Source: an uncultured Acidobacteriota bacterium (GTDB lineage Bacteria > Acidobacteriota > Thermoanaerobaculia > UBA5066 > Gp7-AA6). From it: 64,000 bases of DNA. The notes below the pieces were generated by a model, which ran no database searches, had not been told where the DNA came from, and worked only from the letters and a program-made list of their open reading frames with translations. Shown piece by piece: positions 17,236-28,074 of this stretch. Location: assembly GCA_963847075.1 (NCBI GenBank), contig CAWJYL010000002.1, positions 663,504 to 727,503 of the forward strand, in the 5' to 3' direction. Made by a program: the position numbers and the translations under genes. Each line of letters starts with the position of its first letter. Position 1 is the stretch's first letter.

Positions 17236-17396
17236 CCCCAGGAGACATTACGGCTGGCGATTCCGGGGGTTTCGTGTACCGACCCGCGCCCTCGCAGCGC
17301 TGCTGTTTAGGCCACCGTCCGCGCCGCCGCAGCCGCAGGTCGCGCCATCGCAGGATCCGCGGCAGATCCCGACCGTTCAGCGCGACGTTTCCGCCG

Positions 17397-19880
17397 TCAC
17401 CCTTGGCCTGTCCCGAAAGGAATAGGTCCGAGCCCGATGGGCCTGCCCGGCGGCGTCATGAGCCGCTCCTTCCTCGGCCGGCGCAGCTGCGGCTTTTCCA
17501 AGAACTCGGAGAGATCACGCTCGGCGAGGCGAACATGGGCTTGCGCCGCGGGATCGGCCGGCCGGCGCGCGTGCAGGTCGCCGTGCAGGCGAACCAGCTG
17601 CGCGATGACGGCCGCCCGCACTTCGGGAGAGCTCTCGGGCCGCGCGGCGAGGTCCATCAGCGCGTCGAGGACTTCCCGCTGCGCCAGGCGACGCAGGCCG
17701 GCCATGCGCGGCGAGGCGTCCGGCGGCGCACCCCAGGTCGCCCCGATCAGGCGCGCGAGCATTCCGTCCAGGGTCAACGCATCGGGACCCGAGGCGAGCG
17801 AGAGACGCGCTGCGCGCTCGGGGTCGAGCAGCGGATCCACGATCAGCGCTGCGAGGATCCTCGCAGCCGTCAGCCGGTCAAACGCCGGGCTCGCCGCCGA
17901 GGGGAACTGCTCGCGGCTCCCGGGCGTGTCGTTGGGCGGTGGAACCAGAACGGCCAGAATGGCGTCGGGGATGTCGAGGTTCGCGGGTTCGAGCGCAGTG
18001 AGCAGGAGATCGAGAGCCTTCCTCTGCCTGTTCGCCGGAACCCACGCGAGCGGCGTCTGGCCGTCGCCGGCAAGGGCAGACGCCTGGTACTGCCCTCCGA
18101 TGAACTTCTGGGCCGCCTGGATCCCGAAGCGGTGGTACAGGTAGGCCAGGTTGAAGCGCTCCTGAAGTTCGTAGACCCACTCCCCGGCCCTCAGCTGACC
18201 CACGCCGAACCGATCCAGGATCACCCGGCGCACCGCCTGCGTCGTCGCGAGCCAGCGCTCCGGCTCCGGACCCCAGTCGTACTCGGCCCAACGGGGGTCG
18301 CCCTCCAGCGGATAGACGATTCCCTTCGAATAGCCATCGCGTACGATCGCGTCGAGCCGCCGCGGGTCCTGCTCCGGCGTGTAGCCCCACTGAATCGCGA
18401 GCCGGTCGTAGGAGCCGACGTCCATCGGGTATGCGTTGGAGAGGTCGAGAGCTTCGTTCTTGATCTGGATATTCGGCGCCAGGTAGTCCATCACCGAGCC
18501 CCATCCAAAGGTCGTCGCCGCCCAGTTGTGCTCGAGACCCAGCGTGTGGCCGACCTCGTGGGCGGAGAGGTACGCCAGGCGCTGAAGAACGAGGGATTCC
18601 TCCCCGGGATCGACGTCGGCCACGAGCCGAGCGAAGTCGGGAGAATCCGCGGCGAGGCAGGCTTTCGAAGAGCCAGGAGGCTCGAGGTTTCGCCAGAGTC
18701 GCGAGGTCGTGCGGCGCCGGTGCGAGTCGATGCGCGCCACCCCGTGCAGAATTTCGCCCGTGCGCGGGTCGACCTGAACATCGCCGATCGACCAGGCCCT
18801 CTCGGCCCGATTGATCCATTCGATCCCCGAGTAGCGCGCGTCGAGGAACGTCGCTCCCGGCGGCAGATCCTGGATCACGAGGGCGTTTCGGAAGCCGGCC
18901 TGCTCGAAGGCGTGGTTCCACCAGAGAGCCGCCTCGCGAATCGCGGACCGCTCGGGCTCGGGCATGCCCCGGTCGAGGTAGTACACGATCGGCTGCACCG
19001 GCTCGGAGATCGCCGCCGACGGGTCCTTCTTCTCGAGACGCCAACGCATGGCGAGAAATTTCTCGATCGGCTCGGTGAACGGGGCCGTGTGATCGAGACG
19101 CCGCAGCGGAATGAAGCCGATGCGCGGGTCGAAGGCCCGCGGCCGATAGCCCGGCTCCGGCAGTTTCATGAACGTGTGGTGGATGCGCAGGCTCATCGTG
19201 CGGCCGTCGGGCAGAACGGCGGCGACCGCCGGGGGCGCCTTGTCCGAGGCGAACGTCAGCACGGCCTCAATCTCGGTGTTCCTCGGAAACGCGCCGGTGC
19301 GTTCGAACTGAAACGCCGAGCGCGCCGCATCCTGCTTCCACTCCCCCACTCCGGCCGCCCGAAGCGCCGGCAGCACCTCCGTGTCGGCGAGCAGAAAAGC
19401 CGTGGCGTCCACCAGAGCGCGCTCCCCCTGCTCGGCCGCGATCGGCAGCGACGCGAGGACCGAAGTCGGGAAGGACTCCTCGACCACCCGCGCGCGCTCC
19501 GGGTCGGCGGTGCCGCTGCCGTGCGTCGTCTGCCGCTGCACCAGCAGGACGCGCGGCCCGACGCGCTCGAACCGGCAAACGCCGAGGCCGTTGAACTGCC
19601 CCCGGTCGAGGCTGACCTCGAGCAGGCCAGCCCCCCCGGCCAGGCCCGAGCCGTAGAGAAAGTCCTCAAACCGCCCCGGAATCTCCAGAAGCAGCTTCCC
19701 CCGACGCGCGTCCCAGTAGAAGGGCAGGAACCCGTCGCGCCGTTCGAGGCCGTGCGTCTGCTCCGAAATCGTCGGGATCGCGTCCACTGCGGCCTCCGAG
19801 GCCGGATTCGAAGATGCCTGACCGTCCGCCGCCGTCCAGCCGCCGGTCAGAAGCAGCATCGCGAGAGCCACGGAGCGCAT
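17397..19880 (-). CDS. secreted zinc metalloprotease, metzincin-like (HEVGHTLGLEHN), large DUF4953/DUF5117-type family
   Basis: It contains a HExxHxxGxxH motif. The signal peptide starts at MRSVALAMLLL. The 1068-aa + ORF 17274-20480 is antisense noise. Confidence 0.8.
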   Translation of the reverse strand: MRSVALAMLLLTGGWTAADGQASSNPASEAAVDAIPTISEQTHGLERRDGFLPFYWDARRGKLLLEIPGRFEDFLYGSGLAGGAGLLEVSLDRGQFNGLGVCRFERVGPRVLLVQRQTTHGSGTADPERARVVEESFPTSVLASLPIAAEQGERALVDATAFLLADTEVLPALRAAGVGEWKQDAARSAFQFERTGAFPRNTEIEAVLTFASDKAPPAVAAVLPDGRTMSLRIHHTFMKLPEPGYRPRAFDPRIGFIPLRRLDHTAPFTEPIEKFLAMRWRLEKKDPSAAISEPVQPIVYYLDRGMPEPERSAIREAALWWNHAFEQAGFRNALVIQDLPPGATFLDARYSGIEWINRAERAWSIGDVQVDPRTGEILHGVARIDSHRRRTTSRLWRNLEPPGSSKACLAADSPDFARLVADVDPGEESLVLQRLAYLSAHEVGHTLGLEHNWAATTFGWGSVMDYLAPNIQIKNEALDLSNAYPMDVGSYDRLAIQWGYTPEQDPRRLDAIVRDGYSKGIVYPLEGDPRWAEYDWGPEPERWLATTQAVRRVILDRFGVGQLRAGEWVYELQERFNLAYLYHRFGIQAAQKFIGGQYQASALAGDGQTPLAWVPANRQRKALDLLLTALEPANLDIPDAILAVLVPPPNDTPGSREQFPSAASPAFDRLTAARILAALIVDPLLDPERAARLSLASGPDALTLDGMLARLIGATWGAPPDASPRMAGLRRLAQREVLDALMDLAARPESSPEVRAAVIAQLVRLHGDLHARRPADPAAQAHVRLAERDLSEFLEKPQLRRPRKERLMTPPGRPIGLGPIPFGTGQG

Positions 19881-20021
19881 CGGCCACCTCTTTGTCGGAA
19901 CCGTTCGGAGAGCGATCTTAGCGCGTCGCCCTGGCATCTTCTGCCGGAAGTGCCTCCGCCATTCTCCGGACGAATCAGGACTGTCTGCGGCTCGTCCGGG
20001 GCCGCCGGGATACTTCGCCGG

Positions 20022-22506
20022 CTATTCGTGCCGCAGCGCGACCATCGGGTCCACCTTCGTGGCCCGCCGCGCCGGGATGTAGCAGGCCAGCAGTGCCGCG
20101 CCGACGAGGAGCAGCGTCACCGCGCCGAAAGTCAGTGGATCGGTGGCGGTGACGCCGAAAAGCAGCGACGCCACGGTGCGCGTCAGGGCGAGCGACCCGG
20201 CAAGCCCGATTCCCACCCCGATGAGGATCGTGCGCAATCCCTGGCCGAGGATCATCGACAGCACGTCGCGGGCGCCTGCCCCGAGAGCGACGCGCACGCC
20301 GATCTCGCGCGTGCGGCGGCTGACCGAATAGGCCATGACGCCGAAAACACCGGCCGTCGCGAGAAGCAGGGCGGTGATTCCGAAGAATCCGATGAGAATG
20401 ACGTTGAACCTGCGCGAGCCGAGCGATGCGGAATAGACCTGCGAGAACGTCCCGAACCTCGCCGGGAATCTCCGGGTTGAGGTCGTGCAGGATTCCCCGC
20501 GCCGCCGATGTGACCAACCCCGTCTCGGCATCGCTCCGCATCGTCACCGTGACTGCCGAGCGCGGCCGCTGGAAGAGGTTCACGTACACGGTCGGGCGCG
20601 GAGGCACATCGAGGCCGTACTCGCGCGTGTCGCCCACGATCCCGACGATCGTCAGCAGGCGCCAGTCGCCATCCATGTTTCCGAACTCGATCGTGTGGCC
20701 GATCGGGTCCCGGCCGGGCCACCGCTCGCGCGCCAAAGATTGACTGATCACGGCAACGTGCGGAGAATCCGGGCCGTCGCGCCCGTCGAACATTCGCCCT
20801 CGCATCAGGGGAATGCCGAGAACCTGGAAGTATCCGTCCGTCGCAACGCAGAAATCCGCGTTGCCAATGCGCTCCTTTTGCTCGGCCAGTGCGAGCAAAC
20901 CCTTTACGTCCGTGGGGGCCTCGTCCTGTGCCACCAGCAGAAACATCCCGTCGGGAAGACCGCCATCGAGAGGCAGGCCGCTCGTCGCGCCGACCCTGCG
21001 CACGCCCGGAATCTGTTTGAGCCGATCCATCAGATTCGAGAAGAAGATCGCCTGGCCGGCCCTGGCCTTGACGTCTTCCACCCACGGAAGCGACACGTCC
21101 ATCGTGACGATCTTGTCCACGCGGAACCCGGGATTCACCTCGAGCACGTTCATCAGACTGCGCCCGAGCAATCCCGCTCCGACCACGAGAACCAGCGTGA
21201 TGGCGATCTGCGCGGCGACGATTGCCCGGCCAACGCGCTGGCTTCCCTGCGAGCCCGCCTGGCCGCGTCCACCTTCCACGAGGGCCTTGCGAAGGTCACC
21301 GGAGGTCGCGCGCAGGGCGGTGAACGCTCCCAGTCCGGCAGCGACCGCGGTGGAAAGGAGGAACGCGAAGACGAACACGGGAATGCTGATCGAGACGCTC
21401 TCGAGCCGCGGCAGATTCTCCGGCGCGAGCGCCACCAATCCCGCCACGCCCCCGATCGCTCCCAGCACGCCGAGGCCGCCGCCGACCAGGGAAAGCAGGA
21501 ACGCCTCGGTCAGGAATTGGCGAATCAGCCGTCCGCGCGCCGCGCCGAGGGCGCTGCGTATGGCGAGCTCACGTTCCCTCACCGACGCCTGTGCCAGCAG
21601 CAGATTGGCCACGTTCGCGCACGCCACCAGCAGCAGGAATCCTACCGCGCCGAGCAGAACCAGCAGCGCCCCGCGAGATTTGCCCGTGATCGAGTCCTGG
21701 AGGGAGACAACCATCCCATCTTTGAGGAGATAGTCGTTCTGTTCGCCGGATGCATCGTGAATGCGCCGAGCGATCGCGCTGATGTCGCGATTCGCCTGCT
21801 CGACGGTCACCCCGTCGCGGAGGCGCCCGACGGCATTGAAGTTGTGCGACGTCCGGCTCGGGTTCTCGCCGTCCAGATCGGCCGGCAGCCACAAATCCGC
21901 GCCCTCCGGGAAGCGAAATCCTGCAGGGAGCACGCCGATGACGGAATAGACCGCGCCATCGATCTTCAGACGCGATTGCGCGAGGTCCCGCTGCGATCCG
22001 AGCTCCCGCCTCCAGTAGCCGAAGCTCACGAGAACGGTGGGAGCCGCCCCTTTTCTCGCGTCGCCGGAGCCGAAATCCCGTCCGAGGATCGGCTGCGCGC
22101 CGAAGACCTGGAGAAAGCCGGGCGAGACGTTTGCGGTCGTCGTGCGCGTCGGCCGCGAGGTCCCCGAAACGGACACGACGGAGTCGTTGTACTTCGCGAT
22201 TCGCTCGAAGCTGCGGTTCTGATCCCGGAAGTCGTCGAAATTCGGGTCCGCGAGGCGCGACGGCCTGCCCTCCGTGGTGACCTCGAAAATGGCCATGATC
22301 CGGCCGGGGTCGCGGTACGGCAGCGGCCGCAGGAGCACGCCGTAGACGACGCTGAAGATGGCCGTCGTCGCGCCGATTCCGAGCGCGAGCGTCAGGGTCA
22401 TGATCGCGGGCACGCCGGGCCGCTTGCCCAGAACTCGCGTCGCGTGCCGCAGATCCTGCCAGAGGCCGCCCATGTTCCTTCCAACGGATACGGAGTCGAA
22501 GGCCAA
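20022..22506 (-). pseudogene. ADOP/MacB-like FtsX-family ABC transporter permease, interrupted by a +1 frameshift (a sequencing error is equally possible)
   Basis: The N-terminal 680 aa run from 22506 in one frame (MGGLWQDLRHA...VLTLALGIGATTAIFSV). The FtsX C-terminus ([17 protein letters not shown]...[13 protein letters not shown]) lies in the -1 frame (ORF 20022-20531). The junction sits at a G/C homopolymer, gaacgtcccgaacc, at about 20446-20459. Confidence 0.6.
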
Positions 22507-22621
22507 AGGTTCGCCCGGTTCCCCGGCCGGGTCCGAGGGCTCCCGTCGGCCCTGGCATTCGGACGCAGCCGCGTCCGAGTGGGTGTAGATTTCGAACCCT
22601 CATGATGAAAGGAGCCGACCG

Positions 22622-23089
22622 ATGGCAGGAAACGTGAAACCCGTTCCCGAGGGCTACCACAGCGTGACGCCTTACCTGATCGTGGACGGCGCCGCAGCCG
22701 CAATCGAGTTCTACAAGAAGGCCTTCGGCGCGATCGAGATGGTGCGGATGCCGGCCCCCGGCGGCCGCGTCGGTCACGCGGAGATCAAGATCGGCGACTC
22801 GCACGTCATGCTTGCCGACGAGGACCTCGCAATGAATGCTCGCTCGCCCAAATCGGTGGGCGGCTCGCCCATCTCGCTTCTGCTCTATGTGGAGAACGTC
22901 GACAAGACGGTCGAACGCGCCCTCGCCGCCGGAGCGAAACTGGAGCGGCCCGTCGAGGACAAGTTCTATGGCGACCGGATGGGCGGAATCCAGGACCCGT
23001 TCGGGCACCTGTGGTACGTCGGAACGCACATCGAGGACGTCTCGCCCGAGGAAATGCGGAGACGTTCGGCCGCTATGAGCCCATCCTAG
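22622..23089 (+). CDS. VOC-family (glyoxalase/PhnB-like) protein
   Basis: VTPYLIVDGAAAAIEFYKKAFGA...HAEIKIGDSHVMLAD...GDRMGGIQDPFGHLWYV. Confidence 0.85.
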   Translation: MAGNVKPVPEGYHSVTPYLIVDGAAAAIEFYKKAFGAIEMVRMPAPGGRVGHAEIKIGDSHVMLADEDLAMNARSPKSVGGSPISLLLYVENVDKTVERALAAGAKLERPVEDKFYGDRMGGIQDPFGHLWYVGTHIEDVSPEEMRRRSAAMSPS

Positions 23090-23126
23090 GAGGACTGGAC
23101 GGCCGGCGTGAGTCTCACGAATGAGC

Positions 23127-23981
23127 TCAGCCGCGAGGCGGGATCGCCTGTTTCTCCAGGATTACCAGCGCGATTCCGCCGAGTATGGCAACCGACGCGA
23201 ATATCAAGCGCGGGGTCACGGACTCTCCGAGGAAAGCGATGCCACCCAGGGCCGCGATGACCGGAACGCTGAGCTGCACCGTCGCGGCACTGGTTGCTTT
23301 CAGCGACGGCAATGCCGTGTACCAGATGGCGTAGCCGATTCCAGAAGCCAGCGCGCCGGACGACACCGCGTACCAAAATCCGGCACCGTCCAGAGAAGCG
23401 CCGTCATGCACGAGGAGTCTCAAGGCCGCAGCGATGGGAACGGCGCGCAGGAAATTCCCGGCCGTGACCCTGGTGGGATCGCCCGCGCCTTTCCCGCGCA
23501 AGGAATAGACGCCCCAGGCAACCCCGGCGCTCAACATGAGCAGGGAACCGAACAGGGGCGGAGCAGAAAGACCTGGCGACAACAGGCCAACCAGTCCTCC
23601 GAGGGCGAGCGCGAGACCGACGAGCTGCAATCTCAGCAGGCGCTCTCCCGTCCAAAGGCCATGGCCGATCATCGTCGCCTGGACAGCGCCGAAGAGCAGC
23701 AGGGCGCCCGTCGAGGCGGGCAGGCTGACGTAAGCGAACGAAAAGCCGGCCGCATAAACACACAACGCGAGCGCCGATGGCCAGTTGCCGCTGCCGCCCG
23801 GTGTTCCGCGACGCATTCGCGTGACCAGCCCCAGCATGACCGCTCCGGAGATCAGTCGGATGGCGGTGAAGCTCGCCGCGTCGATGCCGGTGCGCTTGAG
23901 CGCGACGCGACACAGCAGCGAATTGCACGCAAACGCAACCATCGCCAGTGACGTCAGGGCAATCACGCGAGCGTTGGACAT
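23127..23981 (-). CDS. EamA/DMT-family transporter
   Basis: The hydropathy pattern fits a 10-TM DMT transporter, with two EamA-like halves. Confidence 0.75.
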   Translation of the reverse strand: MSNARVIALTSLAMVAFACNSLLCRVALKRTGIDAASFTAIRLISGAVMLGLVTRMRRGTPGGSGNWPSALALCVYAAGFSFAYVSLPASTGALLLFGAVQATMIGHGLWTGERLLRLQLVGLALALGGLVGLLSPGLSAPPLFGSLLMLSAGVAWGVYSLRGKGAGDPTRVTAGNFLRAVPIAAALRLLVHDGASLDGAGFWYAVSSGALASGIGYAIWYTALPSLKATSAATVQLSVPVIAALGGIAFLGESVTPRLIFASVAILGGIALVILEKQAIPPRG

Positions 23982-24044
23982 CGCATTTCCCTGCAGGCGA
24001 CCCCGGGCCTGCGCCGGAAGATCGGCTTCCACGACGCGCGGGGC

Positions 24045-26777
24045 CTACTCCCTCGCCGCCTTCTCCTCGAGCCCCAATCCGCCGAAGAGCGGCTGGCCGG
24101 CCAGGGCGGTTCGCGTCGCCCAGACTGCGAGCGCGACCACGCCGATCACGACGATGACGCCGGCGTAAAAGGCCCAGGAGGACGGGTCGTGACTGTAGAT
24201 GAGATACCCGAGGTTTCTGCGGCAGGTCTCCGCGACGATCGCGGTCAGGACTCCGAACCGGATGGTCAGCGCGACCAGGATTCCCATCGAGACGAACGCC
24301 AGCGCCAGCGTCACCGCCCCCCCGGGGCTTCCGAGAAAGTTCGCGGTGAAGATCAGGGCGACGACCACCCCGGCGATCCATTCGCGGCGCACGACCCGAC
24401 GCACAAGGATCAGCAGGAACACGATTCCGAGGACCCAGAACGCCGAGAGAATTCCAAAGGAGATGGGCGAGGCCAGCGCGTTCCCGACGTTCACGGGTGC
24501 CGTGTAGTCGAAAGAGTGGGGCGGCGGGCCGGCCAGGCCGAACCGGGGCGGGAGCAGGACCCGGAGCGGGCCCATGATCAACCCCATCGCGACTCCCGCG
24601 ACCGACCCGATCAGGATGTCCCGGCCGACGAGGGGATCGCGCCAGCCGCCGGAGACCGCCCGGGTCCACGAGATCAGCATCTCGGGCCAACGGCGGCGCG
24701 CGAAGGGCTCCAGCGCGAGGTACAGGACCCAAAAGCCCACGCCCATCCCGACCGCGTTGCAGAAGCCGAAGATGAAGATCCACCCCTCGTTTGCCGACGC
24801 GACGTGGTGGGCGCCCAGGACCCACATCGCAAACTGCAGCACGATGACGGCCCCCGCCAGGCGAATGGCGCCGCGCCGGTCTCCGCGCCCGGCCCGCAGG
24901 TTGTGGCGAGCGAGCACGGCTCCGCCCAGGAGGAAAAGCAGCAGCAGACCCTCGAAGACGAGGTCTCCTGCGTTGGCCGTAGGCGTTCCTTCCGGGTCAC
25001 GAGACGGCCGGGTCCACGGCCCGATCCACAGGAAGCTCACGGGACGCCCCGCGAACGACGCCGCTTCGACACGCATGGTCACGCCCGGCCGCTCCGGATG
25101 GGGCCCTTCCCAGGCCGCGCGCACGCTGGCGAAACTGCTCGGAGTCCAGCGTGATGGCACCTGCGTAAAGCGGCTCATGTCGAGCCCCGCCTGCTTGAAC
25201 AAGAACTCCCAGTTCGTCTCGGATGGGCCGTTACTATCGCGCTCCAGCTCGGGCGGCACGACTGCGAGCTTGATGAGCCGGCCGCGCGGATCGACCACGA
25301 CTTCTGCCATCCCGGCCTCGAGGGGCGGCGGATCCGATTCGGTCACCGTCGACGTCGGGTAGGGGCCGGTGTTGGCGGTGACGGCGGTGAGCGGCCGCAT
25401 TGCCTGCCTGTACATGAAGCCGATCGCGTCGCGCGACAGATCCCCGCGGAAGCCTCCGTGCGCCGCAGCCCAACCCAGGAACTTCGCGTCCGTGGAGAAC
25501 GCCTCTGCATGGTCCGCAGGCTTCGCATCGAGCCCGGCTCCCCTGAGTATCTCGCGGGCGCGCTCCCTCAGGATCTCGGGCGACTTCTCGAGCCCGACGA
25601 AGGACGCGATGTTTCCCTTCGGCGTCAGGAGCACGGAAAGAGCAAGCCCGGCTGCGAGCGCGAGGAGCAGGCGCCGGGCCGTGGACGGCGAAATGCTGCC
25701 GCGCTCACCCGCGGCCGCGACCATCTCGGGCGACGGCGTCTCGCCCGCCGCGAGCGCGGCGGCCAGCGGGTCGCCGCCGGGCAGCGCTGCGGCAACCTGC
25801 GACGCCGAGGCGGGGCGCGCCTTCGGATCCTTCTCGAGGCAGCGCAGGATCACGCGCTCCACCACCGGATCGAATCCGGGCGAGATCGTCGAGGGCGAAG
25901 TCGGAGGATCCTCGGTGTGCTTGCGGCGCAGCTCCGGGAGCGTCGCGCCGTCGAACGCCTTGCGTCCGGTGTAGAGCTCGTAAAGCACGAGACCGAGCGC
26001 ATAGACGTCGCTTCGAGCGGAGGCTCCCTTGCCCGCGAGCTGCTCGGGCGCCATGTAGGCCGGCGTCCCCGAGACCTCTCCCTCGACGACCTCGCCGGCC
26101 GCGACGGCAAGGCCGAAGTCGGTGATGCGGGCGCGCCCGCGGCCGTCGACCATCACGTTGGCGGGCTTCAGGTCGCGGTGCAGCACGCCCCGGTCGTGCG
26201 CCGCGGCGAGGCCCGCGCAGAGCTCGCGCGCGATCTCGAGCGCCTTGTCCGCCGGCAAGCGCCCGATTCGCTTCAGGAGCGACGCGAGGTCCTCGCCGTC
26301 CACGTATTCCATCGAGAGGTAGTGCTGCCCGTCCATCTCGCCGACGTCGTAGACGCGGCAGACGTTCGGGTGCGAAACCTGGCGGGCGATGCGGACCTCG
26401 GCGTAGAAGCGCTCGAGCCGGCCCGGGTCCGAGGCGAAGCGGCGCGGCAGGAACTTCAGGGCGACCGGCTGGCCGAGCTTCAGGTCGTCGGCCCGATAGA
26501 CCTCGCCCATGCCGCCCCGGCCGAGCAACCCGATGATCCGGTAGCGCTCGGCGAGGATGGCGCCCGGCGTGAACCCGCCGGTCTCGATCGACCCGGACGG
26601 CGAGGCGAGCCGCCCGACCGGCGCGGAGGCGGTCATTCTCCGGCGGGCCGCCTGATCCACGGAGGGAGACGCGAGGTTCGTCGGCATCTGGGAGACCGAC
26701 GAGATCGCTTCGCCGCACGCCGGACAGAAGCGCGCGGACGCCGGGATCTCGGCCGAGCAGGACGGGCAGAGAGCCAT
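24045..26777 (-). CDS. Ser/Thr protein kinase with N-terminal double zinc ribbon and a large C-terminal polytopic membrane domain (K3)
   Basis: The N-terminus is CPSCSAEIPASARFCPACG. The kinase domain has LGRGGMGEVYRADD, HRDLKPANVMV and DFGLA. About 500 aa follow, with around 10 hydrophobic helices. Confidence 0.85.
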   Translation of the reverse strand: MALCPSCSAEIPASARFCPACGEAISSVSQMPTNLASPSVDQAARRRMTASAPVGRLASPSGSIETGGFTPGAILAERYRIIGLLGRGGMGEVYRADDLKLGQPVALKFLPRRFASDPGRLERFYAEVRIARQVSHPNVCRVYDVGEMDGQHYLSMEYVDGEDLASLLKRIGRLPADKALEIARELCAGLAAAHDRGVLHRDLKPANVMVDGRGRARITDFGLAVAAGEVVEGEVSGTPAYMAPEQLAGKGASARSDVYALGLVLYELYTGRKAFDGATLPELRRKHTEDPPTSPSTISPGFDPVVERVILRCLEKDPKARPASASQVAAALPGGDPLAAALAAGETPSPEMVAAAGERGSISPSTARRLLLALAAGLALSVLLTPKGNIASFVGLEKSPEILRERAREILRGAGLDAKPADHAEAFSTDAKFLGWAAAHGGFRGDLSRDAIGFMYRQAMRPLTAVTANTGPYPTSTVTESDPPPLEAGMAEVVVDPRGRLIKLAVVPPELERDSNGPSETNWEFLFKQAGLDMSRFTQVPSRWTPSSFASVRAAWEGPHPERPGVTMRVEAASFAGRPVSFLWIGPWTRPSRDPEGTPTANAGDLVFEGLLLLFLLGGAVLARHNLRAGRGDRRGAIRLAGAVIVLQFAMWVLGAHHVASANEGWIFIFGFCNAVGMGVGFWVLYLALEPFARRRWPEMLISWTRAVSGGWRDPLVGRDILIGSVAGVAMGLIMGPLRVLLPPRFGLAGPPPHSFDYTAPVNVGNALASPISFGILSAFWVLGIVFLLILVRRVVRREWIAGVVVALIFTANFLGSPGGAVTLALAFVSMGILVALTIRFGVLTAIVAETCRRNLGYLIYSHDPSSWAFYAGVIVVIGVVALAVWATRTALAGQPLFGGLGLEEKAARE

Positions 26778-27018
26778 GCGTGGAGTGTAACGGGGTCGAG
26801 GATTCCCCGTTTCCAGATCTCATCCCGGCGGCCGGGCCGGGCGCTTTGTGGGAGACATCTCCGACCTTTCTGGCACGCCCGGAGACAGGCCGGCCGTTCG
26901 AGGTGACCGACGACTACCTCGTCATTCGTTCCGCCGACGGCAAAGCGCTCTGGAAGCAGCCCGACCGCCAGGTCAGGGACCCTCGGAGCATGGCAGCCGA
27001 AGGCGCTACGATTGGTCG

Positions 27019-28074
27019 ATGGATCCGGTCACGACCTCGCTGCTGCGGGCCGCCGACGAGGGCCTGGTTCCTCGAGGCAGCGCCATGCTGCTTGCCGTCT
27101 CCGGCGGAGCGGACTCGATGGCGCTGCTCTACGGGGCGGCTGCGGTAATTGGCGAGACGCGGTGGAATCTGTCGGTCGGACACGTCCATCACGGCTGGCG
27201 CAAGCGCGAGGGGGATCGGGACGTCGCGTTCGTTTCCGAGCACGCGCGACGGCTTTGTCTGCCCTTCTTTTCCCGCCAATGCGACGCCCGCCGCGCGGCG
27301 CGAGAGCTTCGCCTTTCACCGGAAGCGGGCGCACGGCATGTCCGCTATGCGGCGCTCGGGGAGATGGCCGCGGAATCGGGAGCCCGGATCGTGGCCACGG
27401 CGCACCAGAGCGCCGACGCGATCGAGTCGCTCGTGCTCGCGCGCGAGCGGCGGGGCGGCCTCGCCGCGCTCGCCGGACCGCGCGAGGCACGCGCAGACGG
27501 CGTCGTGCGCCCGCTTCTGGCGGTCACGCGCGAGCAGATCCTGCAATTCCTCGCCGAGCGGGGCATCGCGTTTCGCCGCGATGCCTCCAACGGCGACCTG
27601 CGCCTCGCTCGAAACCGCGTACGCCAGACCCTTTCACGGCTGCGCGCATCGCCGGGCGGTAGCGAGGCTCTCCGGGCGATGGCCCTCGAGATCGCGCGTC
27701 TCGGCATCGAGCGGCGCCTCCTCGAGGCCGAGTTCGAGGCGCGGATCCGACCCGCCCTTCGCGCGCTGTCCGATCGAGTCGCCATCGATGCCGCGCTGCT
27801 CGCCGGCTGCTCCGCGGAGCTCCAGCGCCTCGCCCTCGCGCGGCTGGCTTCCCCCTTCGCCCGGCCGGGGCGACCGCCCATGACTGGCCGCGAGCGTGAG
27901 CGCATCCTCGCGCTTCTTGCGGCCGGCGGCGACTTCCGGTTCGAGGCCGGCAGGAGGATCCGTGTCGAGCGCCGGGGCCAGATCCTGACGATCCGGCCTC
28001 GCCCGTCTCAGCCGGTGTACGATTCAAACGACCCTCTCGCCGAAAATCGCGAGGGTGCGGAGGTCGTCCCGTGA
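27019..28074 (+). CDS. tilS: tRNA(Ile)-lysidine synthetase
   Basis: It has the PP-loop LLAVSGGADSMAL. The start was chosen at MDPVTT; the ORF-track start 26848 adds an implausible Arg-rich leader. Confidence 0.85.
   Translation: MDPVTTSLLRAADEGLVPRGSAMLLAVSGGADSMALLYGAAAVIGETRWNLSVGHVHHGWRKREGDRDVAFVSEHARRLCLPFFSRQCDARRAARELRLSPEAGARHVRYAALGEMAAESGARIVATAHQSADAIESLVLARERRGGLAALAGPREARADGVVRPLLAVTREQILQFLAERGIAFRRDASNGDLRLARNRVRQTLSRLRASPGGSEALRAMALEIARLGIERRLLEAEFEARIRPALRALSDRVAIDAALLAGCSAELQRLALARLASPFARPGRPPMTGRERERILALLAAGGDFRFEAGRRIRVERRGQILTIRPRPSQPVYDSNDPLAENREGAEVVP

Noticed and set aside
16061-17248. 395-aa minus ORF spanning two smaller genes
   Set aside because: It is a read-through frame with Arg-rich composition. 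The credible genes are 16144-16449 (RBS-supported) and 16621-17235 (signal peptide).
17274-20480. 1068-aa + strand ORF
   Set aside because: It is antisense to the metalloprotease gene and extremely Arg/Pro/Gly-rich, as expected for open frames in high-GC DNA. It has no motifs.
20485-22605. 706-aa + strand ORF
   Set aside because: It is antisense to the ADOP permease, with the same low-complexity Arg-rich composition.
24189-26906. Long + ORFs 24189-25154, 24574-25362, 25458-26906 and minus ORF 25705-26823
   Set aside because: They are antisense or alternate frames of kinase K3 with no recognisable motifs.
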